DNA from: an uncultured Hormoscilla sp. | Lineage (GTDB): Bacteria > Cyanobacteriota > Cyanobacteriia > Cyanobacteriales > Desertifilaceae | Assembly (NCBI GenBank): GCA_963921275.4 | Contig: OZ001293.3 | Location: 6,752,001 to 6,816,000 of the forward strand | Direction: 5' to 3' | Length of the DNA: 64,000 bases | Part shown: one piece after another, positions 19,929 to 32,469 of the stretch | Position numbering within the stretch: the first letter of the stretch is position 1 | Layout of the letters: each line of letters starts with the position of its first letter | Made by a program: the position numbers and the translations under genes | Notes under the pieces: model-generated | Database searches by the model: none | Seen by the model: only the letters and a program-made list of their open reading frames with translations | What the model was told of the DNA's origin: nothing

Positions 19929-21396
19929 TCAATTAACCACAGTGAAATCATCGACATTAATCAGGGTCTCATCAATCCCCGGAAGGGTGGCGATGGTTTT
20001 CGATTCAAAATTAATCCAGGTATCGAGGCCCTAAGAACCTCCTGCTAGCCTGATAAAGTCCGTGCCATCTTCAAAGTCTATGATAGTACCCATCATGTCC
20101 GACTCCAGAACAAAAATATTGGCCTCTGATCCTTCGTAGAGACGATCGCTTCCATGGTTTCCGTAGACGCGATCTCTTCCCTCCCCGCCGATCAGAGTGT
20201 CCTCCTCCTCCTTCTCAAAGAGTGATAAAGTTAGGGGTTGTGGGTTGAAAGTTAGGGGTTGACGAGTATTGCTGAAGTTAAGGTCAGTAGGAGACTCGGC
20301 AACATTGTTCACATTAATAATCAAAGCCTCCGAGTAACTGGCCCCAGTAACGTCAATAGTCTGAACGCGGACGCTGTAACTCGATCTCATCTCCAAAGCC
20401 GGAGAACTATTAATTAGCAATTGGTCCCCTACTATAGTGAAAGCAGCGTTATCATCCTCACCAAAACCAGAGATTAACCCGTAGGTAAAAGTATTTCCCC
20501 CGTCCGGATCGCTAGTTCCGAAAGTCCCCACGATCGCACCCACACGGGAATTAGAATTAATGCTGCCATTACTAAGAACTATATCAGTAGGAGACTCAGC
20601 AACATTGTTCACATTAATAATCAAAGCCTCCAAGTAACTGTTCCCAGTCGAGTCGGTAGTCTGAACGAATATCCTGTAAATCTCCTGAGTCTCAAAATCC
20701 GGAGAACTGTTAATTCGCAGTTGGTCCCCCACTATAGTGAAAGCAGCATTATCATCGTCACCCTCGCCCGAGACTAACTGGTAAGTAAAAGTATCTCCAT
20801 TATCGGGATCGCTAGTAGACAAAGTCCCCACAACTGCACCCTCAGGGGAATCTTCATTGATGCTGCTGCTGCTAAGGACTAGGTCGGTAGGAGACTCGCC
20901 GACATCGTTGACGTTAATAATCAAGACCTCCGAGTAACTGGCCCCAGTCGAGTCAGTAGTCTGGACGCGGAGGCTGTAACTCGACTGAGTCTCAAAGTCA
21001 GGAGAACTGTTAATTCGCAGTTGGTTCCCTACTATGGTGAAGGCATTGTTGCCCGAGACAAGCATGTAGGTAAAGCTATCTCCCTCGTCGGGGTCAGTAG
21101 TTCCGAAAGTCCCCACGACAGTATTGGCTGGGGAGTTTTCGTTGATATTGATGAGTATCTAAACTCAATTGGGAGTTTCCCAGATACAGACAGCCAGGGC
21201 TGCCGTGGGAAAGTAGGTGCAGGACTTCTGTTTCCTTATGCTGTTGGAGAAGTTCGCTGATCTGTTTGATGCCATCGGACCGAAGGTCTAAGAGGAAAGA
21301 TTTGGCCCCAGGCCGGATGCCGTCTATAAGCTGCTGGTAGTTTTCTAGGGAGGCATCCACTACTACGATGGTGTTGGTAAAAGATTTATGCTTCAT
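19929..21396 (-). pseudogene. Internally deleted third paralogue of the DUF4347-LRR-cadherin gene
   Basis: The DUF4347 start is joined out of frame at about 21153 to the last 3 cadherin repeats; premature TAG at 20031 precedes GLDTWINFESKTIATLPGI...DDFTVVN*. Confidence 0.85.
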
Positions 21397-21903
21397 TTTT
21401 TGGTTGCTGAATTGATTTTTCTGTCGAGGTGCCGGTTCGCATTGCTGGGCTTCAAGACGTTTCAAAACCCGTTCGTCAGCATCATAAGCTTTGTCTGCGA
21501 GTAACGCATCAGCAGCATAGACAAATAAGCGGTTATCCTTAGCTGTCCCCCCACATAACCCTCCCGACCTGGCAATAGATCCCTGATTCTCTCCCACCGG
21601 TCATCTCTTAAAGCATAGCGACGCATTTCTAAAATTCTCCTGCTCTAACCTTTACCCTCTTATATAACACCAATATATCCTGGTTGTCAACTCAATCATC
21701 TTGTTATATATTTTTGGTGGGGACCCATATCGTTAATCTAACTGATGACACGCCCTAGATCTCGTAGAGGAAATATTGAGCACACTCCGTTCGCGCAGCG
21801 TGGCGCAGCCATAAGCGTATTTAGTTTGGCTTAGGCTAACGCGCAGCGTGGCGCAGCCATAGAGATGGTTCCTACTATGTTCTGGGCAGACAGCGGTGAC
21901 TCC

Positions 21904-22496
21904 TTAGAATGGGACTGTTGGGAGCGGAGGTGCGACCGGTGGAAGCGGGAACGGGTACTCTCAAGGATGCTACGTCGGAAGCTATTCGGGACTGGGTGAC
22001 GAATGTGGAGACTACCCATTACATCTTGGGTTCTGTAGCTGGCCCCCATCCTTACCCGATGATGGTGCGGGACTTCCATGCAGTTATTGGTCAGGAAACT
22101 CGCGCTCAAGCAATGGCTTTATGGGGCGAACTGCCCGATCTTCTCCTAGCTTGCGTGGGCGGCGGTTCTAATGCCATGGGGTTGTTCCATGAGTTTGTCG
22201 AAGAGCGTGAGGTGCGACTGATCGGCGTTGAGGCGGCGGGTGCAGGAGTTGATACTGATAAACATGCTGCTACCCTGACTCGGGGACGAGTAGGAGTCTT
22301 GCATGGGGCCATGAGCTATCTGTTACAAGATGAAGATGGTCAAGTGGTGGAGGCCCACTCGATTAGTGCTGGTCTGGATTATCCTGGCGTTGGTCCGGAA
22401 CATAGTTATCTCCAAGATACGGGTCGGGCCGAGTATCATAGCGTGACCGACCCGCAGGCTGTGGATGCTTTTGAGCTGCTGTCTCGCTTAGAGGGC
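21904..22496 (+). pseudogene. trpB: Internal fragment of duplicated trpB
   Basis: Near-identical to 2336-2928; both ends deleted. Confidence 0.93.
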
Positions 22497-23082
22497 TCCA
22501 AACCATATCCAGTAGAAGGAATTTCCCCATCTTTCAGCAGTTGCACCAGATGCTGTCGCGGCACATCAAGTAACTTAGTAGCTTCCCAAATTGGTAATGA
22601 ATCGTGAAAGATAACAGTCATCACGCCATTGCCCCGCGCTAACTGATACAACTGCTGACGCAGCAAGCGCAATACAGACGCAGGCAGTTCAATTTCTTCA
22701 CCCTCTGGGGTGACAAATCGTGGCAACTGCGAGCCATTACTCAGTCCCTTCAACAACTGGGACAATGAAGCCAAGTCAGCGAGTTCTTGTTCTGTTGCCA
22801 CTACAGGCCGAACTCTTGACTCATTCGAGCCAACTCTTCTATACCCCGCCGATGCAACTCAGACGGATGTGGTCATAAGTAGTTGATAGCCAAGTGCATC
22901 GCCCGATACATGTATATAGCCCGCGCAGGCGGGCTTTGTTCATGTAGCCGGGCCCCTCGTTCCCACGGCTCCGCCTGGGAACGGGTTCGGGCGGCGACGC
23001 AAATATGAGATGCACCTAGTTCTTGTTCTGTTGCCACTATAGGTTCGAGCTTGATGTCACTAGAATTCATCTGCTTACTCAA
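22495..23082 (-). pseudogene. Truncated duplicates of excisionase-like paralogues with a hybrid MITE
   Basis: Matches 11153-11655, then 12077-12180. Confidence 0.85.
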
Positions 23083-24204
23083 AATGCGTTTGCTATCTAT
23101 TCTATACCTGTGTTCTGGCGCCAGATGAGTTTTGAACAGGTAAATTTATGACTTTAACACCACCGACAGCAGACCCAAGATTGCTCTACCAATTAAACTA
23201 AAAAAGAGCAGTCGCCAGCGGGGCACAAAACAATGAGGATGAAAGTACACAAGCAGGAAAACTTGGTGTTGACAAACCAAAGTTCGGAAGTTCTAGTCCA
23301 GCGAGCCTGGCCCATAATAGCTGCCCTACCCATTCCTGTAAGTGACAGAAATCACATTTAGTCGGTGACGCTCCATACCCGAGCCGAGGTCGAGCCGAAG
23401 TCGAGCCGAAGTCGAGCCGAAGTCGAGCCGAGGTCGAGCCGAGACCGAGCCATTAGCGAGCCGAGACCGAGCCATTAGCGAGCCATATACGAGCCGTAGT
23501 CGAGCGATAACCCCGCCTAATGGACTCCCTCCTTACCTGGAGCCTGCTCTCAGCCCATTCTCAACGCACTGGACCATATCCCCACCCTAGCCTCGCCATA
23601 ATATATATACCCTCGCCAGGGAGCCCTGGGCGACAACTGGCACCCCATACCCCCAATAAACAAAGCTTAAGTGTAGCAACCTTTTTAACAAATAGAAACC
23701 CCCATAAATGAACGCGATCTCCTGAATAAAAGCTCTCTTATACTTAGAGTAATTTCCAATATAAATTCTGACAAAGCAAGCTGTACTAGCTGAAATATTT
23801 ACCGGTTAAGAGAGCAAATATTGCTCTACTCTATCAACCACTTTTAATCGCACCCATTCTCCCATTCTCTACTATCAGAGAAAGCAATGTTATCGCTCGG
23901 CTCCAATTGCCACCAGTAATGTTGTAAATTGGGTTTCGTGCTGCCATGCCGGAGATGTCCTGCCATGCCGGAGATGCACGGGTTGGGTTTCGTTCTCCAG
24001 ACCCAACCTACGAACGGATCCATCCCTATTTTGTGATTAAGCCCGCCCGGACTTAGTTCATGGCCGGAGATGCACGGGTTGGGTTTCGTTCTCCAGACCA
24101 AACCCACGAATGGGTGCATTGAAGAGAGGAAATTACAGGCTTGAGTTTAGCAACCTTGTTTGCAAATGGTATCATACTAAGGAACCTCACACCTGTCACA
24201 AACT

Positions 24205-26523
24205 ATGCATCCAGCCAGTGGCGTCATTATCTGTTTAGCTTATATTCTGGGCTTGCTATCTACCGCCAGCCCTTGGGGAGGGTATACAGTCCTAGTTCTG
24301 GGAGTCGCCGCCGCCGCGTGTAGATTTTGGCGCATGGGACCGAAACCTGGTATCTGGCTAACAGCAGGACTGGTAGGATTGTTAGCAAGTTTCTATTTGC
24401 CAATGCGGGTGCCCCAACCCCTGGACAATGATATCAGTCAGTTTGTCTCCACACCCATTACTGCTTCGGCGGAAAGACCCGTGGTGAAAATAGGGGGCAA
24501 GGTGGCCAGTAATCCCCGTCTCACCCGATCGGGACGGGCTCAATTCTGGCTTTTAGCCCGGGAATTCCACGAAATCAGTGGTTCCGTCCAACCCCTGGTG
24601 ATGGGAAAAGAAGTGACAGGTAAGTTGTACGTGACCGTGCCACTTTTGCAAGCAACGGGTCTGCATCCAGGACGGACCGTAAAAGTAACGGGAACTTTGT
24701 ATAAACCCAAACCAGCAGCTAATCCAGGTGCCTTCGATTTTAAAGATTACCTGGCCCGCGAAGGCTCTTTTGCAGGCATGAATGGCGATCGCCTGAGCAT
24801 GAGTGACGCCCCCAGATCCTGGGGATGGTGGCAGTTGCGACAGAGAATAGTCCGGGCCCAAGTCCGGAGTTTGGGAGTCCCAGAAGGGATAGTTGTCAGT
24901 GCCATGGTGCTGGGACGTAAGGCCGTGGACTTGCCCTACGATATCCGCGATCGCTTCATCAATGTCGGGTTAGCCCACGTGCTAGCGGCCTCAGGATTTC
25001 ACGTTTCCCTACTGCTATTTTTAGTCCTAACTCTGACGCGCCGCCTGCCCGTGCAAGGACAGTTTACCTTTGGGCTAGCAGCTTTAATTATCTATGTCGG
25101 TCTCACGGGTTTTCAGCCCTCAGTGCTGCGAGCAGCCGTGATGGGGTTCGGGGCCTTGCTAGCCATACTTACGGACCGGAAAGTTAAGCCCCTCGGAACC
25201 CTATTACTGGCCGCAGTCCTGTTGCTTGCCATCAACCCCCTGTGGATTAAGAATTTAGGCTTTCAGTTGAGTTTTTTAGCCACTTTAGGATTAGTAGTCA
25301 CCGTGCCAGGACTCCTTCAACGCCTGGACTGGTTGCCACCCGCGATCGCCTCTCTCATCGCAGTACCTCTGGCAGCCTCTATCTGGACTCTGCCCCTGCT
25401 ACTCTACAGTTTTGGTAAGGTCTCTCCCTACAGCATCTTTGTTAACATCATTACTACCCCACTCATTAGCGCGATCGCCCTAGGAGGGTTCATCAGCGCC
25501 CTGGCCGCTGTAATTTGGCCCACCGCAGGCAGCGCGATCGCCTGGTTGCTGTATCACCCCACCCACTTGCTAATTCAACTCGTAGAGTTTTGCAGTCAAT
25601 TGCCAGGTAATTCCCTAGCTATAGGCAATATCTCTCTATGGCAGCTACTCCTACTCTACGGATTAATTGGCGCCGTCTGGCTGTTAGCCCCCAGAAAGCA
25701 AAACCAATTTATCATTAGCTTCAGTCTCGCTAGCGCGATCGCCCTCATTATAATTCCCGCCATGCTGGCCCAGGCAACAATGTTTCGGGTCACCGTCTTA
25801 GCCACATCAGGAAAGCCGGTCATCGTCATCCAAGATCGAGGAGAAATCACCCTAGTTAACAGTGGCAACGAATCTACCGCCCTCTATACGATCCTCCCCT
25901 TTCTCCAACAACAGGGAGTCAATCAAATAGATTGGGCGATCGCCACCAGTCTGGTCCGGAATCATCGCAGCGGCTGGTTTCAGATTTTCAGCAAATTTCC
26001 CATTCAACAATTTTATGATATCTTACATTTAGATGCGGCGGCAAATCAAGTCGAATTTCAGGCCCTGCAAAAGGCCATACAAGAGCATCAGGGCAAATAC
26101 CAGCCTTTGCCCCTGGAAAAACCCCTGCAAATTGGCTCCACATCTGTGACATTAATCAACTTTCAACCACAGATAATCTCCTTGCAGATTCTCGACCAGA
26201 CATGGTTGCTCTTAGCAGACCTCAAACCAGCAGACCAAAACCTATTGCTGGGCGCAGGAAAGCTGCCCAAAGCCGAAGTAATTTGGTGGCCCGGCAGCAG
26301 CTTAAACGATGATTTACTTTCCGCCCTGCAACCACAAGTGGCGATCGCCTCAGCAGGAGCAATTGACGAAAACACCAGATATGAGTTGCTAAGAAGTAAG
26401 ACAAAACTGTATAGTACAGAGCAGAATGGAGCCATCCAATGGACACCAGAAAATGGGTTTGAAACAACTCTTTATTTAGAAAGTAATTTTGCCGAGAATG
26501 GAGAATTGAGAATGGAGAATTAA
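24205..26523 (+). CDS. comEC: ComEC/Rec2 competence membrane channel
   Basis: NPGAFDF, GLAHVLAASGFHV, PSVLRA, GFQLSFLAT; C-terminal degenerate metallo-beta-lactamase fold. Confidence 0.95.
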   Translation: MHPASGVIICLAYILGLLSTASPWGGYTVLVLGVAAAACRFWRMGPKPGIWLTAGLVGLLASFYLPMRVPQPLDNDISQFVSTPITASAERPVVKIGGKVASNPRLTRSGRAQFWLLAREFHEISGSVQPLVMGKEVTGKLYVTVPLLQATGLHPGRTVKVTGTLYKPKPAANPGAFDFKDYLAREGSFAGMNGDRLSMSDAPRSWGWWQLRQRIVRAQVRSLGVPEGIVVSAMVLGRKAVDLPYDIRDRFINVGLAHVLAASGFHVSLLLFLVLTLTRRLPVQGQFTFGLAALIIYVGLTGFQPSVLRAAVMGFGALLAILTDRKVKPLGTLLLAAVLLLAINPLWIKNLGFQLSFLATLGLVVTVPGLLQRLDWLPPAIASLIAVPLAASIWTLPLLLYSFGKVSPYSIFVNIITTPLISAIALGGFISALAAVIWPTAGSAIAWLLYHPTHLLIQLVEFCSQLPGNSLAIGNISLWQLLLLYGLIGAVWLLAPRKQNQFIISFSLASAIALIIIPAMLAQATMFRVTVLATSGKPVIVIQDRGEITLVNSGNESTALYTILPFLQQQGVNQIDWAIATSLVRNHRSGWFQIFSKFPIQQFYDILHLDAAANQVEFQALQKAIQEHQGKYQPLPLEKPLQIGSTSVTLINFQPQIISLQILDQTWLLLADLKPADQNLLLGAGKLPKAEVIWWPGSSLNDDLLSALQPQVAIASAGAIDENTRYELLRSKTKLYSTEQNGAIQWTPENGFETTLYLESNFAENGELRMEN

Positions 26524-26547
26524 TTGTAGGGTGGGCACCTTGAGGTT

Positions 26548-27036
26548 CTAGATAATTTCAAATTCCCGCTCATAGGTAGACAATAAATCACAAGTATCGT
26601 GGTCGTTGATATTCGTATCGCTGAGTTCCAGGTTGTAAAAGTCGATGGACTCAGCAGTGAAAAGCGATCCAGCGTGCCAGGTACCCAGATGCAACTTAAT
26701 AAAACAATTCCCCGGAATCCGAAATGCTACAATATCCTCTAAACCAGGTTTGGCAGCTTGACATGGGGGTGCTACCCCCATCAACCAATCGATAACTGCC
26801 ACAGAACCCAGACATTGGGTACATTGGACATGGCGAGTGATATGATGAAATCTCAGAGCTCTTGGCCGCAGACGCATAATGTAAAATCGCGGTATGCCTC
26901 GATCGAGTACCAACTGGGCATCCTCTTCATCAAAAGGTTTTTCGTTTTCAGCGGCTGAGATAACCTGGCCGTAAGGTGCGAAATTCTCTTTTGTCACCCA
27001 CTCCGCCTGCAATTGCACAATTACCGATTCGCTCAT
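26548..27036 (-). CDS. Ureidoglycolate lyase-like (cupin) protein
   Basis: ENFAPYGQVI, ITRH..CTQCLGS, GTWHAG, FYNLELSDTN. Confidence 0.8.
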   Translation of the reverse strand: MSESVIVQLQAEWVTKENFAPYGQVISAAENEKPFDEEDAQLVLDRGIPRFYIMRLRPRALRFHHITRHVQCTQCLGSVAVIDWLMGVAPPCQAAKPGLEDIVAFRIPGNCFIKLHLGTWHAGSLFTAESIDFYNLELSDTNINDHDTCDLLSTYEREFEII

Positions 27037-27074
27037 ATCTCTCCTGCTGTCCCTATAATACTTGCCAACTCTCA

Positions 27075-27476
27075 ATGGACATTATAGCTACTCTCAAACA
27101 AGATTACCAAAGATTTCCAGCCGATCAGACCTACAGCATCTATGACCCAGATGTCTATTTTCAGGACCCCCTCAACCAATTCCGGGGTCTTGCACGGTAC
27201 AAACGCACGATCAGCTTCATCAGTACCTGGTTTAGGAACGCTAAGATCGATCTGCATAATATCTTCCTTGCAGATGACACCATTCACACCCGGTGGACTC
27301 TTAGCTGGAATACCCCCCTACCCTGGAAACCTCGCATCTCCATCTCTGGACGCAGCGAACTACAGATTAATCAGGCAGGATTGATTATATCCCACATTGA
27401 TTACTGGGATTGTTCCCGCCTGGATGTCCTCAAGCAACACTTTTTCTCCAAAACCAGATACAGTAAAGGAATATGA
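27075..27476 (+). CDS. DUF2358 / SnoaL-like (NTF2) protein
   Basis: DYQRFP..YSIY..DVYFQDP...LPWKP..HIDYW. Confidence 0.85.
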   Translation: MDIIATLKQDYQRFPADQTYSIYDPDVYFQDPLNQFRGLARYKRTISFISTWFRNAKIDLHNIFLADDTIHTRWTLSWNTPLPWKPRISISGRSELQINQAGLIISHIDYWDCSRLDVLKQHFFSKTRYSKGI

Positions 27477-27495
27477 ACAAGTTAGGGCAAAACTG

Positions 27496-28668
27496 ATGCG
27501 TGTAATTTTGATGACCGGAAAAGGTGGGGTGGGTAAAACCTCTGTAGCAGCAGCGACAGGGTTGCGTTGTGCCGAACTTGGGTATAAAACCTTAGTTCTC
27601 AGCACTGACCCCGCCCATTCCCTGGCAGATAGCTTTGATTTAGAATTGGGACATGAGGCGCGATCGATCCGCCCCAACCTCTGGGGGGCAGAGTTAGACG
27701 CCCTGATGGAATTGGAAGGAAATTGGGGCGCTGTCAAGCGTTATATCACTGAAGTCTTGCAGGCCCGGGGACTAGATGGGGTGCAAGCGGAAGAACTAGC
27801 CATTCTCCCGGGTATGGATGAAATCTTTGGACTCGTCCGCATGAAACGTCATTACGATGAAGGCAAGTATGAAGTGCTGATTATTGATTCGGCACCGACG
27901 GGCACCGCCCTGCGACTCCTGAGTATCCCCGAAGTGGGTGGCTGGTATATGAGACGTTTTTACAGGCCCCTACAGGGCATGTCTGCCGCCCTGCGACCCC
28001 TGTTTGAACCGATCTTTAGACCGATCGCGGGCTTTTCCTTGCCGAATAACGAAGTGATGGATGCTCCCTATGAATTCTACCAACAAATTGAGGAGTTAGA
28101 AAAGGTCTTAACTGATAACAGTCAGACATCAGTGCGCTTAGTCACAAACCCAGAAAAGATGGTGATTAAAGAATCTTTACGGGCCCATGCCTACTTGAGT
28201 CTGTATAATGTGGCGACAGATATGGTGGTGGCTAATCGGATTATACCCGATCGGGTAACAGACCCATTTTTCCAGCGCTGGAAGGAAAATCAGCAGCAAT
28301 ACCGGCAGGAGATTCACGAAAATTTCAGTCCCTTGCCCGTGAAGGAAGTGCCCCTGTATTCTGAAGAAATGTGTGGAATGGAAGCTTTGGCAAGGTTGAA
28401 AGAAACACTTTATGCAGAGGAAGATCCAACGCAGGTATATTACAAAGAAAATACCATTAGAGTAGTGCAGGAGCAAGGTCAATACAGTTTAGAACTGTAC
28501 TTGCCTGGAGTGGCGAAAGAAAAAATCCAGTTAAATAAGAATGCGGATGAATTGAATGTCCGCATTGGTAACCATCGCCGGAATTTGGTATTGCCGCAAT
28601 CTTTGGCAGCATTACAACCCGCAGGAGCAAAGATGGAGGATGATTATCTCAAGATTCGCTTTTCCTAA
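27496..28668 (+). CDS. ArsA/GET3-family ATPase with C-terminal alpha-crystallin-like domain
   Basis: [22 protein letters not shown] motifs. Confidence 0.93.
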   Translation: MRVILMTGKGGVGKTSVAAATGLRCAELGYKTLVLSTDPAHSLADSFDLELGHEARSIRPNLWGAELDALMELEGNWGAVKRYITEVLQARGLDGVQAEELAILPGMDEIFGLVRMKRHYDEGKYEVLIIDSAPTGTALRLLSIPEVGGWYMRRFYRPLQGMSAALRPLFEPIFRPIAGFSLPNNEVMDAPYEFYQQIEELEKVLTDNSQTSVRLVTNPEKMVIKESLRAHAYLSLYNVATDMVVANRIIPDRVTDPFFQRWKENQQQYRQEIHENFSPLPVKEVPLYSEEMCGMEALARLKETLYAEEDPTQVYYKENTIRVVQEQGQYSLELYLPGVAKEKIQLNKNADELNVRIGNHRRNLVLPQSLAALQPAGAKMEDDYLKIRFS

Positions 28669-28766
28669 AGTAAGTTCGTAGTAAGCGCAGGGCGGGGCGA
28701 TGGCCTCGCCACCCAAACGATCGCCTGCATATCTGCTAATAATTGTTCATTGTTCATTGAGAATTG

Positions 28767-29830
28767 CTAATTACCATGAACTATCAACTGACCACTATCA
28801 ACTACAGGCGTCATCAAGAAGGCATGAGCTTGACCATTAAAAGTCCCACCGCCGACAATCTGCCCACTGCTATTAATATCCCATGCCTCCGATATTTCCC
28901 AGCCTGAATTTTTAGGTAGCAGTCTATTGAGACAAGTCATAGTACCATTGGACCACAAGAAGCCGCCACGATCGCAATTGCCTACCACCTGCCCTGCATT
29001 GTTAATGCCCCAAGCATGAGAGTATTTGCCTCCGACTTTGCCCAGGTTGAAAATTTTGCCATTGGACCACAAACAGCCGCGCCCCTGTCTACTCTTAGTA
29101 TAGGAATAGCCCACTACTTGCCCGACATCGTTAATATCCCTAGCTTCGCCTGGGGTCCCCGCCCAAGGTTCCCAAGTCCTTTATCGTACCCTGGGACCAT
29201 AAGCAGGCGCGATCGGACCCACTGCTACTATAAGCATAGCCCACCACCTGTCCCTGATTATTAATGCTCCAGGCTTCCCTCGAGTGACTGCCCAGGAGGG
29301 TGCCCAGATCCTTTATGTCACCCAGGGACCACAAGCAGGCACGCCTCTGGCCCCTGCTAGTGCAGGAATAGCTTACCACCTGCCCAACATCATTAATATC
29401 CCTAGCTTCACTGTCGTCCCCGCCCAGAGTTCCCAGATCCTTTATGTCGCCCTGGGACCACAAGCAGGCACGCCTCTGGCCCCTGCTGGTCTGCCCACAG
29501 CCAACTATTTGCCCCGAGCTGTTGATGGCCCTAGCTTCGCTGTGTCGCACTACCCGGGGGACACAGCGCTGTACTTGCCGCCCAGGGTGCCCAAGTCGAT
29601 TATGTCGCCCTGAGACCACAAGCAACCCCGCCCCGCCCCGCTGCTAGTTTCCGAATAGCCCACCACTTGCCCCCCGTCGTTGATACCCCAAGCGATGCTG
29701 TAGTTACCGCCCAAAGTGCCTAGGTCAGTGATGGCATACTTTGATGCTGCCCTAGTAGACCGGTGGATTCTCTGGATAATTAAGGCGACTCTAGCACTCG
29801 CCGTCCCTATCACTGCTGCGCTCATCATCA
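28767..29830 (-). pseudogene. HAF-repeat extracellular protein split over three frames
   Basis: Repeated DLGTLGG..S.A..IN..GQVVG; C-terminal GW.I.EAWDINSSGQIVG..HAFLMTP; frameshifts near 29560 and 29150. Confidence 0.8.
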
Positions 29831-30116
29831 GCCTTCTTTCTCCCCAAAGGTGGATTGTCATCGGTGCGACAGTTTGCTGAACGCGCTCCTCTATCCTTAA
29901 CTCAGGCAAAACTAACCTTGAAGTTACGAAAACCAAATATTTGTAACCCAAATTAACAATTTGAGTAGCGGCTCTGGGGAGATTGATGCTTGGCCTGCCA
30001 GTCAGCACCTACCAGGCCGAGTGACCGCTGACCACTGACCACTGCCTGACAGGCGAGACGCCTGTCCTACGCAACTGACCACTGACAACAATAACTGGGT
30101 GCCTTTCGCCATTTCC

Positions 30117-30132
30117 GTTCGGGAACCCGTAC
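30117..30132 (+). promoter_or_regulatory. K-box upstream of groESL
   Basis: GTTCGG-GAAC-CCGTAC matches GTTCGG-NNAN-CCNNAC. Confidence 0.85.
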
Positions 30133-30171
30133 TAAAAAAACCCTTGCCAGTCCTCTCTAGGTTTAGCTACA

Positions 30172-30198
30172 TTAGCACTCAAGAGTTGAGAGTGCTAA
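30172..30198 (+). promoter_or_regulatory. CIRCE (HrcA operator)
   Basis: TTAGCACTC-N9-GAGTGCTAA, perfect match. Confidence 0.97.
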
Positions 30199-30304
30199 CT
30201 CAACCAGTAAACCAGGCAGCAATTGGAGCTACCACAAGGTCAAAAAGTGGTAAGCCCGATCGCACTCCAGAATTGAAAATCTGAGATTGAGGAGTAGTGA
30301 ATTT

Positions 30305-30616
30305 ATGGCAGCAGTATCTCTAACGGTATCGACAGTTAAGCCACTAGGCGATCGCGTGTTCGTAAAGATCAGCGAGGCGGAGGAAAAGACAGCAGGTGGC
30401 ATCATATTGCCGGACAATGCTAAAGAGAAACCGCAAATTGGCGAAATCGTGCAAGTAGGTCCTGGCAAGCGTAACGACGACGGAACTCGTCAGGAAATGG
30501 AAGTGAAAGTGGGCGACAAAGTGCTTTACTCCAAGTACGCTGGCACGGACATCAAACTTAGCAACGATGACTACGTGCTCTTGTCGGAAAAAGATATTCT
30601 CGCAGTCGTTAGCTAA
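30305..30616 (+). CDS. groES: Co-chaperonin GroES
   Basis: [35 protein letters not shown]. Confidence 0.98.
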   Translation: MAAVSLTVSTVKPLGDRVFVKISEAEEKTAGGIILPDNAKEKPQIGEIVQVGPGKRNDDGTRQEMEVKVGDKVLYSKYAGTDIKLSNDDYVLLSEKDILAVVS

Positions 30617-30729
30617 TGGGGTTCCCTGACTATGGGAACGCGGAATGGCGAATGTAAACAAAGAAAAATTCGCCATTACCAATGAATATGGCAATTAACA
30701 ACATCAGGTAATCAAGGAGACTGAAACCT

Positions 30730-32367
30730 ATGGCCAAGCGGATAATTTACAACGAAAATGCTCGTCGCGCTCTAGAAAAGGGCATGGATATTCTGACCGA
30801 ATCAGTAGCTGTAACCCTGGGCCCGAAAGGTCGCAACGTGGTTCTGGAAAAGAAGTTTGGCGCACCGCAAATTGTCAATGACGGCGTGACTATTGCTAAA
30901 GAAATTGAACTGGAAGACCATATTGAGAATACAGGGGTTTCTCTGATTCGGCAAGCGGCTTCTAAGACAAATGATGCTGCTGGTGACGGGACGACTACGG
31001 CTACGGTTCTGGCCCACGCCATGGTCAAGGAAGGACTGCGGAATGTGGCTGCTGGCGCTAACCCGATCGCCCTGAAGCGCGGCATTGACAAGGCGACAGG
31101 TTTCCTGGTAGACGAGATTGCCAGCCATGCTCGTCAGATCGAAGGTTCTAAGGCGATCACGCAAGTAGGATCCATCTCAGCGGGTAACGACGAGGAAGTC
31201 GGTCAGATGATCGCCGAAGCGATGGACAAGGTGGGCAAGGAAGGGGTCATCTCCCTGGAAGAAGGGAAGTCCATGACTACCGAACTGGAAATCACCGAAG
31301 GGATGCGCTTCGACAAGGGTTACATTTCTCCCTACTTCGCTACTGATATGGAGCGGATGGAAGCTATTTTGGACGAGCCTTTTATCCTGCTGACCGATAA
31401 GAAAATCACCCTAGTACAAGACCTGGTCCCCGTGTTGGAGCAAGTAGCTCGTGCGGGCAAGCCCTTAGTGATTATCGCTGAAGATATTGAGAAAGAAGCT
31501 CTGGCTACCTTGGTGGTCAACCGCCTGCGGGGCGTGCTGAACGTGGCAGCGGTGAAAGCTCCTGGGTTTGGCGATCGCCGCAAAGCCATGCTGGAAGACA
31601 TTGCCGTGCTCACGGGGGGTCAAGTGATCACCGAAGACGCGGGTCTGAAGTTGGAAAGTGCCAAGCTGGAAATGCTGGGCAAATCTCGTCGCATCACCAT
31701 CACCAAGGACAACACTACCATTGTGGCCGAAGGTAATGAAAAAGCAGTGAAAGACCGTTGCGGACAAATCCGCCGTCAGATGGACGAAACTGATTCTTCC
31801 TATGACAAGGAGAAGCTGCAAGAACGTCTGGCTAAGCTAGCTGGCGGTGTGGCCGTAGTGAAGGTGGGTGCTGCTACGGAAACGGAAATGAAAGACCGCA
31901 AGCTGCGTCTGGAAGATGCGATCAACGCGACCAAAGCAGCAGTGGAAGAAGGTATTGTTCCCGGTGGTGGTACGACACTGGCGCACCTGACTCCCGATCT
32001 GGAAAAATGGGCCAAGGATAGCCTCAGCGGTGAAGAATTGATCGGTGCGACGATCGTCGCCCGGGCCCTACCTTCTCCCCTGAAGCGGATCGCGGAAAAC
32101 GCAGGTCAAAATGGTGCGGTGATCGCCGAACGGGTGAAGGAAAAAGAATTCGACGTGGGCTACAACGCGGCGAGCAATGATTTCGTGAATCTGTTCGATG
32201 CGGGTATTGTTGACCCCGCTAAGGTGACTCGTTCCGCCCTGCAAAATGCGGCTTCGATCGCGGGGATGGTGCTGACGACCGAGTGTATCGTGGTTGACAA
32301 GCCCGAACCCAAGGAAGGAGCTAGTGCTGGTGCTGGCGCTGGCATGGGCGGCGACTTCGATTACTAA
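30730..32367 (+). CDS. groEL: Chaperonin GroEL (operonic groEL1 type)
   Basis: [25 protein letters not shown]-terminal MGGDFDY. Confidence 0.99.
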   Translation: MAKRIIYNENARRALEKGMDILTESVAVTLGPKGRNVVLEKKFGAPQIVNDGVTIAKEIELEDHIENTGVSLIRQAASKTNDAAGDGTTTATVLAHAMVKEGLRNVAAGANPIALKRGIDKATGFLVDEIASHARQIEGSKAITQVGSISAGNDEEVGQMIAEAMDKVGKEGVISLEEGKSMTTELEITEGMRFDKGYISPYFATDMERMEAILDEPFILLTDKKITLVQDLVPVLEQVARAGKPLVIIAEDIEKEALATLVVNRLRGVLNVAAVKAPGFGDRRKAMLEDIAVLTGGQVITEDAGLKLESAKLEMLGKSRRITITKDNTTIVAEGNEKAVKDRCGQIRRQMDETDSSYDKEKLQERLAKLAGGVAVVKVGAATETEMKDRKLRLEDAINATKAAVEEGIVPGGGTTLAHLTPDLEKWAKDSLSGEELIGATIVARALPSPLKRIAENAGQNGAVIAERVKEKEFDVGYNAASNDFVNLFDAGIVDPAKVTRSALQNAASIAGMVLTTECIVVDKPEPKEGASAGAGAGMGGDFDY

Positions 32368-32432
32368 TATTCTGTAGGGTGGGCATCGCTCACCTGGTAG
32401 CCGGTAGAGTGGGCATCGCCCACCTACTGATT

Positions 32433-32469
32433 AAAACAGCAGCTTTCTGGTCAAGGCTGCTGTTTTTTT
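32433..32469 (+). terminator. Rho-independent terminator after groEL
   Basis: AAAACAGCAGC...GCTGCTGTTTTTTT. Confidence 0.8.

Noticed and set aside
21909..22607. Second trpB / novel fusion ORF
   Set aside because: Deletion product lacking the PLP lysine region; its tail is antisense excisionase-like sequence.
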